NCBI GenBank assembly: GCA_963753715.1
Contig: CAVWDK010000010.1
Span: 61,564 to 125,563, forward strand
Direction of reading: 5' to 3'
Length of the DNA stretch: 64,000 nt
DNA from: an uncultured Acidobacteriaceae bacterium
Lineage (GTDB): Bacteria; Acidobacteriota; Terriglobia; Terriglobales; Acidobacteriaceae
Numbering within the stretch: position 1 is the first letter of the stretch; the number at the start of each line of letters is the position of its first letter. The notes beneath the pieces were generated by a model. The model saw only the letters and a list, made by a program, of their open reading frames with translations. It ran no database searches and was not told the DNA's origin. The position numbers and the translations under genes are program-made. Below are positions 29,957 to 39,239 of this stretch, piece after piece.

Positions 29957-31123
29957 GTGAAACAACTACCCTTCTACGCTGGCCTCAAAGTATCGCTTCT
30001 CGCTGTCTGCCTGCCGCTTTTCGCGGCGGCACAGGTTCCGGCCGCTCCCGCAACGCCGAGCCCGGCGGCCACCCCTGCGCCGCCACCCTACCTCTCCCCT
30101 GAGATCCACCCCGACCATACGGTGACCCTGCGGCTCCGCGCGCCGAACGCGCAGAAGGTTGACCTGGTGCTCGAAGGCGCGGTGACACCTATGCAGCAGG
30201 ATACCGATGGTCTGTGGGCAACTACGACATCTGTACTCGCGCCCGAAATATACGGGTACCGCTTCGTTGTCGACGGCACCCCGATACTAGATCCCAGGAA
30301 CACCGATGTGCGCGATAACCTCCTGAGCCTGTGGAGCAACCTCACTATCCCCGGCACGCCGCCGGAGCCATGGGAACTGCAGTCCATCCCGCACGGCATC
30401 GTCGAGCATCATTTCTACACCTCGCAGGTGGTGCTGGGTCTGCCCAATAACCAAAGCGACTACTATGTCTACACGCCGCCCGGTTATAACGCAAAAGACC
30501 GGCGCAGTTATCCCGTGCTCTACCTGCTGCACGGTTTCAGCGACGCGGCTGACGGTTGGTCTTCCGTCGGCAAGGCTAATTTCATCCTCGACAGCCTCAT
30601 CGCCTCGGGTAAAGCAAAGCCGATGATTGTGGTTATGACGCTTGGCTATGGAAACATGGCGGTGCTTAAGCCCGGACGCACCCCCGCTTTGAGTACGCAG
30701 AGTGTCGATCTTTTCGAAAAGGCGCTGCTCACCGAGGTGATTCCGCAGATTGAGGCGAACTATCGCGTATCCAGGAAGCGCGAGGACCGCGCGATCGCCG
30801 GGCTTTCCATGGGCGGCCATGAGAGCCTGTTCATCGGTCTTACGCACCCTGAGCTTTTCGCCTGGATTGGCACATTTTCCGCCGGCCTGAATCCCACCAG
30901 CATTGCACAACTGCCGTCCACCACCCCACAAAAGGCTAATCTCCGTCTGCTCTGGATGGCCTGCGGGTTAGACGACGCGCTGCTCAAGCCCAACCGGGCC
31001 GTAATCGTCACGCTCAAAGGCGAAGGCCTGCCGGTGACGGCTATCGAAACCCCAGGTCATCACCAATGGCCGGTCTGGCGCGACAACCTCATACACTTTG
31101 CTCCGCTACTATTTCAGAAGTAG
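29957..31123 (+). CDS. Esterase family alpha/beta hydrolase with an N-terminal Ig-like (E-set/CBM48-like) domain, secreted
   Basis: GTG start, signal peptide, 'YPVLYLLHGFSDAADGW' and the nucleophile elbow 'AIAGLSMGGHESL', typical of the putative-esterase (esterase D-like) family. Confidence 0.75.
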   Translation: MKQLPFYAGLKVSLLAVCLPLFAAAQVPAAPATPSPAATPAPPPYLSPEIHPDHTVTLRLRAPNAQKVDLVLEGAVTPMQQDTDGLWATTTSVLAPEIYGYRFVVDGTPILDPRNTDVRDNLLSLWSNLTIPGTPPEPWELQSIPHGIVEHHFYTSQVVLGLPNNQSDYYVYTPPGYNAKDRRSYPVLYLLHGFSDAADGWSSVGKANFILDSLIASGKAKPMIVVMTLGYGNMAVLKPGRTPALSTQSVDLFEKALLTEVIPQIEANYRVSRKREDRAIAGLSMGGHESLFIGLTHPELFAWIGTFSAGLNPTSIAQLPSTTPQKANLRLLWMACGLDDALLKPNRAVIVTLKGEGLPVTAIETPGHHQWPVWRDNLIHFAPLLFQK

Positions 31124-31186
31124 CAGCGTGGAACCGTTCCCGTTCCGCTGCTCCGGTGTGCGTTTATAGGTTCGTAAAGGGGACGG

Positions 31187-31396
31187 CTAGATGTTACCGA
31201 GGGTCTTGCGGGCCATAGACAACAGTTGTGCGGCAAACGTTTGACGGATCGCATGCCTATGGCTGGCAACCAAGCGAGCGCTGTGCGGTCTGCAAATGAT
31301 CGGCATCACTTGATCTCGGCCGTATACGAGAAATTTCGATCGACACTCTTCCCCTGGTAACGCAAAGCAGATCGAGCAGAAAACATCATTGACCAT
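31187..31396 (-). CDS. Small hypothetical protein (Cys-containing, possible zinc-binding)
   Basis: 69-aa ORF in an AT-rich segment with 'CSICFALPGEEC...ICRPH'. I recognised no family, and coding status is uncertain. Confidence 0.25.
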   Translation of the reverse strand: MVNDVFCSICFALPGEECRSKFLVYGRDQVMPIICRPHSARLVASHRHAIRQTFAAQLLSMARKTLGNI

Positions 31397-31473
31397 CGGG
31401 CAGCTCTCTCACGGTAAGGGTTACATTTACCGGCTTTGTCTTGGTGTATCTAATTCAGGAAAAGCTGATTTAC

Positions 31474-31637
31474 GGCGATTCCCGTTATTTCCTGCTATCG
31501 AGTCCCTCCCCCGAAAGAATCGATCATAGGGTTTGGGAATCACCGCTTGTTGGAGAGCATACCGATTGAACCGGCCGATGCTACAACTCATGGGTAATAT
31601 CGGGAGGGATTGTAGTAATGCGGGGTAGTAATGTCGG
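31474..31637. repeat. ~165-bp diverged direct repeat, copy 1
   Basis: It aligns with 31951-32110 at about 75% identity by eye. The shared core CGAGTCCCTCCCCCGAAAGAATCGATCA is identical over 28 nt (31499-31526 and 31974-32001). Confidence 0.7.
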
Positions 31638-31646
31638 TAAAGGAAG

Positions 31647-31898
31647 TTACAAAGCTCGCGCGTTTCTGGCCTCCCTGAGAGTAATTTCGACTGCCAGCAG
31701 GACAGCCTGATTGGCTTCGGTGGGGGGCCTCTCACCTAAGAGTTGTCTATAGGAATCGCGTAAACGTTCCAAGGCAAAGACCAGATCGTGGTTGCTCTTC
31801 ATGACACCACGGAACCATGTCTCGAGCTCTCCCTCGACGGAAGTCTGGGGCGTGGCAAACTGCAATACTTTACAAGAGGTTTTTGTCGGCATAGCCAT
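31647..31898 (-). CDS. Small hypothetical helical protein
   Basis: 83 codons from ATG 31898 (MAMPTKTSCKVLQF...ERLRDSYRQLL...REARNARAL*). The longer 219-aa ORF in the track extends upstream only by reading through repeat DNA. The RBS is weak. Confidence 0.3.
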   Translation of the reverse strand: MAMPTKTSCKVLQFATPQTSVEGELETWFRGVMKSNHDLVFALERLRDSYRQLLGERPPTEANQAVLLAVEITLREARNARAL

Positions 31899-31950
31899 CT
31901 TTTCTATTGAGTGGGTATCAAGGCCGGGGAGGACAGAGGATGTAAATAGC

Positions 31951-32110
31951 GGCGACTCCCTTCTTTCCACTACCGAGTCCCTCCCCCGAAAGAATCGATC
32001 ACAGAGTTGGGGAATCGCCGCTTGAAAATGAGCATACCGTTTCGGCCAGAATTTACTACAGTCCTTGCGTAATACGGCGGAGGTCAATAGTAACACCGGC
32101 TGGTAATGGG
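31951..32110. repeat. ~165-bp diverged direct repeat, copy 2
   Basis: See copy 1. The two copies bracket the 83-codon ORF. Confidence 0.7.
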
Positions 32111-32163
32111 GGGGAATTCGAAACAGCGGGGGAAAGTCTGCGTGAGAACGACCGTGACGAAAT

Positions 32164-32668
32164 CGAGTCCCGCAGGGACGGCTGAACTTCAGACTTGTCC
32201 AAATTGAGATTTGAGAAACGGTCTCGGTCCAGCAACCATAGCCTATGGAACCGCCACCCTTTCCTTTGTCATCCCGAAGCGGAGCTGAGCGGATCTGCAG
32301 TTCCACGGACCTTTTCTGGAAACACGGACACCATGCTCAAGCAGAATTGTCATCTCGCCCGCCCCGGGGTGCCGTGGGATCTGCCGTTTTCCTTTAGTCC
32401 TCACTCAATCGCTAAACCCCTTGTAGTGCGCGTACTCGCGGTGCCCTGCGTTTATCAGGCAACTCTAAAACTCGCGCCATCTATGCAGCGCCGATCAAAC
32501 AGGGCGACCTGATTTTGTTCCGCCGAATTCTCCTCAACGCAGTCAACAAGTTACATCGTCAAAAAGTCGATTCTTCCGCTAATTTGGACAGCTCAGGCTG
32601 AACTTAGCCCAGGACGCAGTCCTGGGTTTGGAGGCACCATTTGAAAAGTCCCGCAGGGACGACTGAAA
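32164..32668 (+). mobile_element. Composite ~510-bp repeat, copy 2, containing a MITE-like TIR-bounded core
   Basis: It has the same orientation as, and near-identity to, 18069-18578. The core 32190-32596 carries the TIRs CAGACTTGTCCAAATT / AATTTGGACAGCTCAG. It is flanked by GGCTGAACTT at 32180-32189 and 32596-32605. Confidence 0.7.
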
Positions 32669-32730
32669 ATGAGTAGCCGGAATTCAGGACCATCTATCGA
32701 TTGACTCTTTTCAGCCGTCCCTGCGGGACT
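32647..32730. repeat. Long REP hairpin downstream of the SulP gene (possible bidirectional terminator)
   Basis: AGTCCCGCAGGGACGACTGAAAA (32647-32669) and TTTTCAGCCGTCCCTGCGGGACT (32708-32730) are reverse complements with 1 mismatch around a ~38-nt loop. The same AGTCCCGCAGGGACGGCTGAA unit also occurs at about 18072, 18551 and 32166. Confidence 0.6.
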
Positions 32731-32794
32731 CATTCCGTCGTCCGGAGATTCTCGCGCGACCCCACTCTGCGACTTGTCTTAGCATGCTTGCCCT

Positions 32795-34435
32795 TTAAAG
32801 GTTCGGGCGTTTCTCGAAAGCGGCTAACGCCTCGTGCAGCCGATTGAAGATGAGCGTTGGGTCGATGACCTCGGTCAAGCGATGGCGGGCAAAGTCCGCT
32901 CTTAGCCCAAAGGGCATCCGGGCAAAGCCCAGTTGCGTTCCTAAACTCTTGAGCTTTTGCTGCAATTGCTCGATGACGCGCGCAGCCGAGTAATCCAGGT
33001 GAGTGATGGACTCCGCGTCCACAATCAGCCAGCGGATGGGCGTCGGCGGTCGTCCCACGAGTAGGCGCACTTCCTCTGAAAAACGGTTGGCGTTGGCGTA
33101 GAAAAGCTCGGCTTCAAAGCGGTACATCACCAATCCGGGTTCTGTCATCGCGCCCGGCGTCGCCGGATTCAGCTGCCAGATTCCGTCCTGGTTGAGAGCC
33201 ATCACCCCCGTGTGTGGATCGTAGCTATGCTGAACGATGCGCAATAGCGATAGGATCATGGCCAGCACAATCCCTTGTTCGACCCCCGCGGCAACGACCA
33301 CGCCTGCCGCGATGAGAGCCAGGCCAAACTCCCCCGGGCTTTCGCGGCGGAGCGCCAGGATGGTGCGCAGCTTGATCAGCCGGATGGCGATGACGAAGAC
33401 CAGGGCGCCGAGCACACAACGCGGGAGGTATTGGAGCGGCCGGGTGAGAAACAGTAGTACTACGGCTACGATGGCCGCGGTTGCGAGCTGCGCCACCTGG
33501 CTTTGGGCGCCAGCACCTTCCACCATTGCCGTCTGCGTCGGGCTTCCGTTGACGACGAAGGTCCCGCTCAATCCCGCCGCAGCGTTAGCTGCCGCAAGAC
33601 CGGCCAGGTCGGCGTTTTCGTCCAATTCCTGCTCATGGCGCGCCGCGTAGACCCGGGCCGTTGCCGCACTCTGGGTGATGATCATCACTGAACACGATGC
33701 GGCTACGGAAAGCAGAGGGGGAAGATCTCCCCAACTGACTGAGGGAAGCTTGAACTGAGGCAGACCGCCTGCAACCGGCCCAATGATCGCAATCCCATGG
33801 CCGCTAAAGTCCCACATGGCGCTCGCCGTCATGGCTCCGGCAACCGCGATCAGCGCACCCGGGACGTTGGGCGCAAAGCGGTGAAGGAGAAGCATAGTCA
33901 CCACAACCACGACGGAAACGGCTACGGTCGCCGGATGCACTTGCGGCAGTCTTTTCAGAACTTGAGCAAATTGCAGGAGCGTTCTTCGAGCTGAGACCGG
34001 AACTCCCAGCATCTCTCCCAGCACCGCAATGCCGACCTGAAATCCGACCCCGGTGAGAAAGCCGCTAAGCACGGTCTGGGAGAGAAAGTCGGCGATGAAG
34101 CCGAGCTTAAGCAGGCGCGCCAACAGCAGGAACCCAGCCGTAAGCAAGGCGACTGCCCCCGCGAGAGCGACGTATCGTGCGCTGGCTGCAGGCGCCAGAG
34201 GAGAGGCTCCGCTGGCGAAGATGGCTGCGGTTGCGGAATCAGCGGATACCACCAGGTAGCGAGAGGACCCGAAGGCGCCAAATGCTACCGCCGGCAGCAA
34301 CAACGAATAGAGACCGGTCACCACGGGCATGCCGGCGATCTTGGTATATCCCAGGGCTTGGGGGATATTCATAGCCGCGAGCGTCAAGCCGGCAACCGTA
34401 TCGCGCGCGGTGGTTGCAAGCCGGAACGGCCGCAT
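32795..34435 (-). CDS. SulP family inorganic anion transporter with a C-terminal STAS domain
   Basis: It has 'DTVAGLTLAAMNIPQALGYTKIAGMPVVTGLYS', many TM segments and a C-terminal STAS-like 'WLIVDAESITHLDYSAARVIEQL'. ATG 34435 matches family N-termini, and the ORF is open to GTG 34558. Confidence 0.85.
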   Translation of the reverse strand: MRPFRLATTARDTVAGLTLAAMNIPQALGYTKIAGMPVVTGLYSLLLPAVAFGAFGSSRYLVVSADSATAAIFASGASPLAPAASARYVALAGAVALLTAGFLLLARLLKLGFIADFLSQTVLSGFLTGVGFQVGIAVLGEMLGVPVSARRTLLQFAQVLKRLPQVHPATVAVSVVVVVTMLLLHRFAPNVPGALIAVAGAMTASAMWDFSGHGIAIIGPVAGGLPQFKLPSVSWGDLPPLLSVAASCSVMIITQSAATARVYAARHEQELDENADLAGLAAANAAAGLSGTFVVNGSPTQTAMVEGAGAQSQVAQLATAAIVAVVLLFLTRPLQYLPRCVLGALVFVIAIRLIKLRTILALRRESPGEFGLALIAAGVVVAAGVEQGIVLAMILSLLRIVQHSYDPHTGVMALNQDGIWQLNPATPGAMTEPGLVMYRFEAELFYANANRFSEEVRLLVGRPPTPIRWLIVDAESITHLDYSAARVIEQLQQKLKSLGTQLGFARMPFGLRADFARHRLTEVIDPTLIFNRLHEALAAFEKRPNL

Positions 34436-34630
34436 GCTCTGAAAGAGCTTCAGCAAGATCGAGTCTCCACAAAAGCAGGGAATCGCAAATCCGGAGTGTA
34501 CCTCCCGCCGGGCCCACGATTGGTAGATATTTGCGATTTCCAGGAATTTGGGGCTCACCCCCGGGGGGCAAAATGGCCGCCGGCAAGCTGCTCGTTTATG
34601 ATTGTCATGCGAGTTGCCGCAAGCACGTAC

Positions 34631-34720
34631 GGAGAGGTGGCAGAGCGGTTGAATGCACCTGACTCGAAATCAGGCATACCTTCACGGGTATCGGGGGTTC
34701 AAATCCCTCCCTCTCCGCCA
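34631..34720 (+). tRNA. tRNA-Ser (anticodon CGA), class II with a long variable arm and encoded CCA
   Basis: Hand-folded cloverleaf. The acceptor is GGAGAGG/CCTCTCC and the D stem is GCA/TGC. The anticodon stem CCTGA/TCAGG carries the loop CT-CGA-AA. The variable arm is ATACC/GGTAT, the T arm is GGGGG-TTCAAAT-CCCTC, and the discriminator G is followed by CCA. Confidence 0.9.
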
Positions 34721-34806
34721 TACTCAAGAGACCAATGTAAGGGTGGCCAACGCGCCAACTTCCAGCCAGGCAATCAGAAGATTTGATAGGCGGATTTGTT
34801 TGATCC

Positions 34807-35616
34807 CTAACAGTGCATCACCTGGCCGCCATCAACGTTGATGGTTTGGCCCGTGATTTGACGGCTCCTCGCCGAGGATAGGAACACCACCATGTCGGCC
34901 ACATCCTCGGGCTCCTGCCACCGCGCGAGAGGCGCGACTGCCCTCACTTTATCGTCTGCCCAGTCATCGTATGATCGTCGCTGGGCCGGCAGCTGCTGAT
35001 CGTTCCACGCTTTCCAGATACGTTCGTTTAACAGCGTGCGCACCATACCCGGACAAACAACGTTGACGCGAACTCCATGGGGGGCAAGGTCCTTCGCCAG
35101 GCATTGCGCAAAGTTGATGTTTGCCGCTTTGCTTGCGCTGTAAGGCGGGTCTGTCTGGGAACCGATTTGCCCAGCGACGGAGGCGAGAAAAACGAGAGTG
35201 CCCACCTTACGCGAGACCATTCCGGGCGTAATCGCATGCGCCGCGTGCACCATTCCCATCACGTTGACCTCCAGCACGCGGGGCCAATCGCTGGGCGTGA
35301 GATTGGTAAATGGATAGCCAAATTTTCCCGAACCTAGGGCTGCGGCATGGACGACGTGGGCAATCGGTCCTAGTACGGCTTCGGTCTGGCGGACTGCGTC
35401 CTGCATCGCAGCGAAGTCGGAAACGTCCACGGACAAGCCCAACGATGACCCCCCAAATTCTTCAGTAAGCTCGGTTGCCGCATCCTTGACCCGTGCGGAC
35501 TGGTCCCACAACGCGACGCGGCACCCCTCACGCAACAAGCCGCGGGCACACGCCCATCCGATGCCGCCAGCTCCGCCGGTGACGATCGCGACTCCTCCAC
35601 CCAGCTCCAAATCCAT
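34807..35616 (-). CDS. SDR family oxidoreductase
   Basis: It has 'VAIVTGGAGGIGWA' (Rossmann TGxxxGxG) and the catalytic 'YSASKAA'. ATG 35616 has AAGGA upstream, and the ORF is open to 35658. Confidence 0.85.
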   Translation of the reverse strand: MDLELGGGVAIVTGGAGGIGWACARGLLREGCRVALWDQSARVKDAATELTEEFGGSSLGLSVDVSDFAAMQDAVRQTEAVLGPIAHVVHAAALGSGKFGYPFTNLTPSDWPRVLEVNVMGMVHAAHAITPGMVSRKVGTLVFLASVAGQIGSQTDPPYSASKAANINFAQCLAKDLAPHGVRVNVVCPGMVRTLLNERIWKAWNDQQLPAQRRSYDDWADDKVRAVAPLARWQEPEDVADMVVFLSSARSRQITGQTINVDGGQVMHC

Positions 35617-35922
35617 CCAAAAATTCCTTTCACCGAAGGACCAACACCGGCGACCCAAGACCCGCCAATGAGGATCGGCCAGTCAGCACGTTACTTTATT
35701 CAGATAGCGAGACTTTTTTGCCCACATTCGCGTCTCTTCAGAATTGCGGTGCGGCAGCTAACCTTATTTATTACAGGGACTTCGGCCTTTCATCTGAACC
35801 AATAGGCGAGCAGCCGCCCCGACAGCCCGGCTAAGCGACCCCATTTTAGCCTAACCTCATACTGTATGCTGGGCCTCGATCATGGTGGCAACCCGGCAAA
35901 ACCCGTTCTGGCGAGGGAGCCT

Positions 35923-36780
35923 ATGCAACAACCTGATGTCCGAGTCGCTGAGGCCAACAATTTCCCTGAAGAACAACCGGTGAAGGCAGATGCAATCAAA
36001 GCCCGGAATGCGAATGAATCTTCTGCGCCGGCTGCGGAGGATGGTCAAGCGAAGCCGCGCATACAGTCCGCGGTCCGGACGATCTCGATTTTGCTTGCGG
36101 TCGCCGACAGTCCCAATGGCCTGAAGGCCAAGGAGATCATGGAAAAGCTGGGGCTGTCACGCCAGGTGACCTACCACCTGATCCATACCATGCATGGTAC
36201 CGGCATTATCAGGAAGAATGACAGCAACCGGTACGTGCTGGGCCTGGCCACAGTTTCTATCGCCGAAGGTTTTAGCCGGCAGTTGGCTCCCCCTGAACAT
36301 CTTGCTCGCCGGGTGCGATCCATTGTCGCCGCGACGGGAGAAACCGCCTACGCAGGTGGCTGGCTGGATGGCGAAATTGTTGCCCTCGCCACCGCGCGCG
36401 GAGAATCTCCAGTAGGAGCGGCCCAGGTGCCCCAGGGTTACAGCGGATACGCCCATGCGCGAGCGGCGGGAAAGGTGCTTCTGGCCATGGTCGACCCTGC
36501 GACGCGCGAAGCGTATCTGGCAAAGCATCCTCTGGACGCCAGGACCAGCAAGACGATCACGGACCTCGACGAGCTCAAGAGGGAGTTCGAACAAATTCGA
36601 TCGCAAGGGTATTCGATCGACCATGAGGAGTTTCATGAGGGTCTGCAGTGTCTCGCCGTGCCGGTGGAAGGGCTGGGGGGCAGGTTTGTGCTGGGAATTT
36701 CCGTCCCAAAGCAACGCTTTGAGGCAAATTTTGAGCGATATTTAGCGGCCTTGCTCAATGTCGCAAAGATCAATGGTTGA
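35923..36780 (+). CDS. IclR family transcriptional regulator
   Basis: It has the HTH 'IQSAVRTISILLAVADSPNGLKAKEIMEKLGLSRQVTYHLIHTM' and an IclR effector domain ('GYSIDHEEFHEGLQCLAVPV'). The start is uncertain: ATG 35923 has GGGAG upstream, and the ORF is open from 35866. Confidence 0.8.
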   Translation: MQQPDVRVAEANNFPEEQPVKADAIKARNANESSAPAAEDGQAKPRIQSAVRTISILLAVADSPNGLKAKEIMEKLGLSRQVTYHLIHTMHGTGIIRKNDSNRYVLGLATVSIAEGFSRQLAPPEHLARRVRSIVAATGETAYAGGWLDGEIVALATARGESPVGAAQVPQGYSGYAHARAAGKVLLAMVDPATREAYLAKHPLDARTSKTITDLDELKREFEQIRSQGYSIDHEEFHEGLQCLAVPVEGLGGRFVLGISVPKQRFEANFERYLAALLNVAKING

Positions 36781-36853
36781 TTGGGCCCCACCGATTGCCC
36801 TAAAACCGATTGCAAAATGGGTCCCTCGGGGACTCATTTTCGCCAGCATCTAT

Positions 36854-38062
36854 TCACGCCAACGGCAAACAGCTCGGACCGGCTGGCTCGAAATATTTGT
36901 AGGTCAAAACGAACTCCTCGTGCCCTAAAGCTTCCGAGGCGGTTTGCCTGCCTTGAGCCGTCGCCAACAACGAACAATAGATCTCATGGCCCAATTCATC
37001 GAGCGTGGCTAAACCCTCAAGAATGCGGCCGGCATTGATGTCCATGTCGTCCGCCATGCGTCGATAAGTCTGTGGGTTGGCGCAGATTTTGATCACCGGT
37101 GAGATGGCCGAGCCTACGACACTTCCCCTCCCCGTGGAAAACAAAATCAGGTGCGAGCCACACGCGATCAGTTCCGCGATCTCCGCATTGTCGTTGATAT
37201 TGGGAAAGCCGAAACGAACCGGCCCGTCCGGGACGATGTCGAGTAGATAGAGGCCGCCACTGGGAGGAATATCACCCGGCTTGAGGATGCCGGAAATTTT
37301 CGAGCTGCCGCTCTTGCTGTAAGCACCCATGGATTTTTCTTCCTGCGTAGTGAGGCCACCCTCGGCATTCCCCAATGCAAAACTGCCGTGTTCCAGGACC
37401 GCATAGTACCTCGCCGCCTTGGCCACCACCCCAATCAGCTCATCAGCCAACGCACCCGTTACCGCGCGTTGCGCCATAATGTGCTCACAGCCAATCAGCT
37501 CCCCCGTCTCTTCAAAGATGGCGGCTGCGTTTTGCGTAGTCAGCAAGTCAAACGCACGGCCAATTGCCGGGTTCGCGGTAATGCCACTGGTAGAATCCGA
37601 GCCTCCACAGACTGTGCCGATCACCAGCTCGCCCACATCCATCGCAGTGATGGGAGCCGGCTCCATGACTGCCAGGGTGGACTCGATCCACGCGCGCCCT
37701 TCTTCAATGGTCTTGCGCGTTCCGCCCACCTGCTGTATCACCAGCGTATCAACGGGTCTCCCACTTTGCCGGATAGCTTCTTCGAGGTTCGCCCGATCAA
37801 AGCTTTCGCAGCCCAAAGACACCAGCAACACCGCCCCCACATTCGGATGTGTACAGAGACTTGCCAGCATGCGCGAGGCATAGGCATTGGGGTAACAGCC
37901 TCCAAAACCAATCAGCTGTACTCCGCGGCCGGGAAACTGGTTCACCATTGACCGGGCGACGTGATGAGCACATTCCACCAGATAACATACAACAAGATAA
38001 TTGCGGATACCCTTGCGGCCGTCTTGGCGAAGATACCCATAGAGCTTATGGTCGCCGGGCAT
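36854..38062 (-). CDS. UxaA family hydrolase/dehydratase, large (C-terminal) subunit
   Basis: 402-aa ORF with 'GYLRQDGRKGIRNYLVV' and 'HGSFALGNAEGGLTTQEEKSMGA', typical of altronate/galactarate dehydratase-like enzymes. It overlaps the upstream SAF-domain gene by 17 nt. Confidence 0.85.
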   Translation of the reverse strand: MPGDHKLYGYLRQDGRKGIRNYLVVCYLVECAHHVARSMVNQFPGRGVQLIGFGGCYPNAYASRMLASLCTHPNVGAVLLVSLGCESFDRANLEEAIRQSGRPVDTLVIQQVGGTRKTIEEGRAWIESTLAVMEPAPITAMDVGELVIGTVCGGSDSTSGITANPAIGRAFDLLTTQNAAAIFEETGELIGCEHIMAQRAVTGALADELIGVVAKAARYYAVLEHGSFALGNAEGGLTTQEEKSMGAYSKSGSSKISGILKPGDIPPSGGLYLLDIVPDGPVRFGFPNINDNAEIAELIACGSHLILFSTGRGSVVGSAISPVIKICANPQTYRRMADDMDINAGRILEGLATLDELGHEIYCSLLATAQGRQTASEALGHEEFVLTYKYFEPAGPSCLPLA

Positions 38063-38372
38063 GGCTATCTTCCTTTCGGAGAGAATAAGTCGCCAGGTAA
38101 TTGCTCTTCATGTTATGGAGATGCACAAGCTCGCCTAACACTATATCTCGCGTGGCCGAACCTATCGAAACCCCATATTTTATTATGGATTCGTTAGTAG
38201 GTATGCTGCATCCAGCTATCTTGAAACCGAGCGGAATGTTATGCTCGATTACCACCGTATTCCCACAAATCTGCAGCGCTGTGCCGCGCGCGATGGAAGT
38301 TACCGCAGTGCAGACATTGTCCTTCGGGTTGAGAAACAGAAGACGCCGGTCGGTGATTGGCACGTCTAACAT
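38046..38372 (-). CDS. UxaA family hydrolase/dehydratase, small N-terminal (SAF domain) subunit
   Basis: 108-aa ORF with 'LNPKDNVCTAVTSIARGT...IPLGFKIA...GELVHLHNM', the SAF-domain pattern that precedes the UxaA C-terminal domain. Confidence 0.8.
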   Translation of the reverse strand: MLDVPITDRRLLFLNPKDNVCTAVTSIARGTALQICGNTVVIEHNIPLGFKIAGCSIPTNESIIKYGVSIGSATRDIVLGELVHLHNMKSNYLATYSLRKEDSHARRP

Positions 38373-38375
38373 ATG

Positions 38376-39173
38376 TCAAAGAATCCCATATTTGCGAAAA
38401 GCATCGGTGCTCGAAGAACCAGCCTCGATTGCTTTCCGTACAACCTTCTCTCCACGGGCCTTTTCGAGCGCGCGTGCGACGGCTTCTTCTTCGATGGCGC
38501 GAGGCACAGTAACGACGCCGTCCATGTCTCCAAAAATCAGGTCTCCCGGTTCGATGTGCACTCCCCCAATCTCAACCGGACACCGGTATGCCATGATCTT
38601 CGAACGGACGCCTGCGTCCTGCGCATAGCGGCCGCGGCTGAATACCGGCCAGTTCTGCTCCAGTATGCGCACGGTGTCGCGATGGTACCCATCAATGACT
38701 GCGCCGGCAGCGCCACGAACACGCGCCGTTGCGGTAAGGATCTCACCCCAGGCGGCGCAGTTCTGCGAGCCCCCCGTCGCAACGTAGACCTCGCCCGGAA
38801 GCAGTTGGTCGAGGGCTTCCGTCATGAGACCGAATGGATCTTTTTGCTGGCTCCATGTGTCGGCAATCTGGACCGGCATCGCCCGGCCGACCACACGCAT
38901 GCTCTCCTTCATCGGTTGTATTGGTTGAGGCAGGAATTGGTGAGTATGGCCCAGGACGTCTAATACATCACCGAGGACCGCGGTGTAGAGATTCTCGGTA
39001 ATGATGCGAAACAACTCGACTTCCGTCTGCACTCTCGAATCCCTCTCGGCAAGAGCCTCACTATAGGAGCCTCGCACCACCCTGTCAACGCAAGGATTGG
39101 ACACTAAATCATCATATAGTTTGCATCGTGTCAGATGTAGATGTTTTCCTTGACAAGCCCAGATATCACACAT
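38376..39173 (-). CDS. RraA family protein (HMG/CHA aldolase-like)
   Basis: It has '[12 protein letters not shown]...', '[38 protein letters not shown]' and '[10 protein letters not shown]'. It lies directly upstream of the UxaA pair on the same strand. The N-terminal start is uncertain. Confidence 0.75.
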   Translation of the reverse strand: MCDIWACQGKHLHLTRCKLYDDLVSNPCVDRVVRGSYSEALAERDSRVQTEVELFRIITENLYTAVLGDVLDVLGHTHQFLPQPIQPMKESMRVVGRAMPVQIADTWSQQKDPFGLMTEALDQLLPGEVYVATGGSQNCAAWGEILTATARVRGAAGAVIDGYHRDTVRILEQNWPVFSRGRYAQDAGVRSKIMAYRCPVEIGGVHIEPGDLIFGDMDGVVTVPRAIEEEAVARALEKARGEKVVRKAIEAGSSSTDAFRKYGIL

Positions 39174-39239
39174 ATATAAGGATGCGGCTCAAATCCGAGA
39201 GTTATTTCGTCGGTTAGTTGGTTGAGGGCTCCGCTTCGT

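Noticed and set aside
18069-32668. Interpreting the repeat-bounded 13.6-kb segment as an active composite transposon.
   Set aside because: No transposase is present in either repeat or between them. The repeats are direct rather than inverted, and the flanks just outside them are themselves REP DNA. I therefore report it only as a recombination-prone accessory segment.
34631-34720. tRNA-Ser as the integration site of the adjacent accessory segment.
   Set aside because: There is no integrase gene on either side. I could find no direct repeat of the tRNA 3' end in the window. An ordinary SulP transporter gene separates the tRNA from the repeat-bounded segment.
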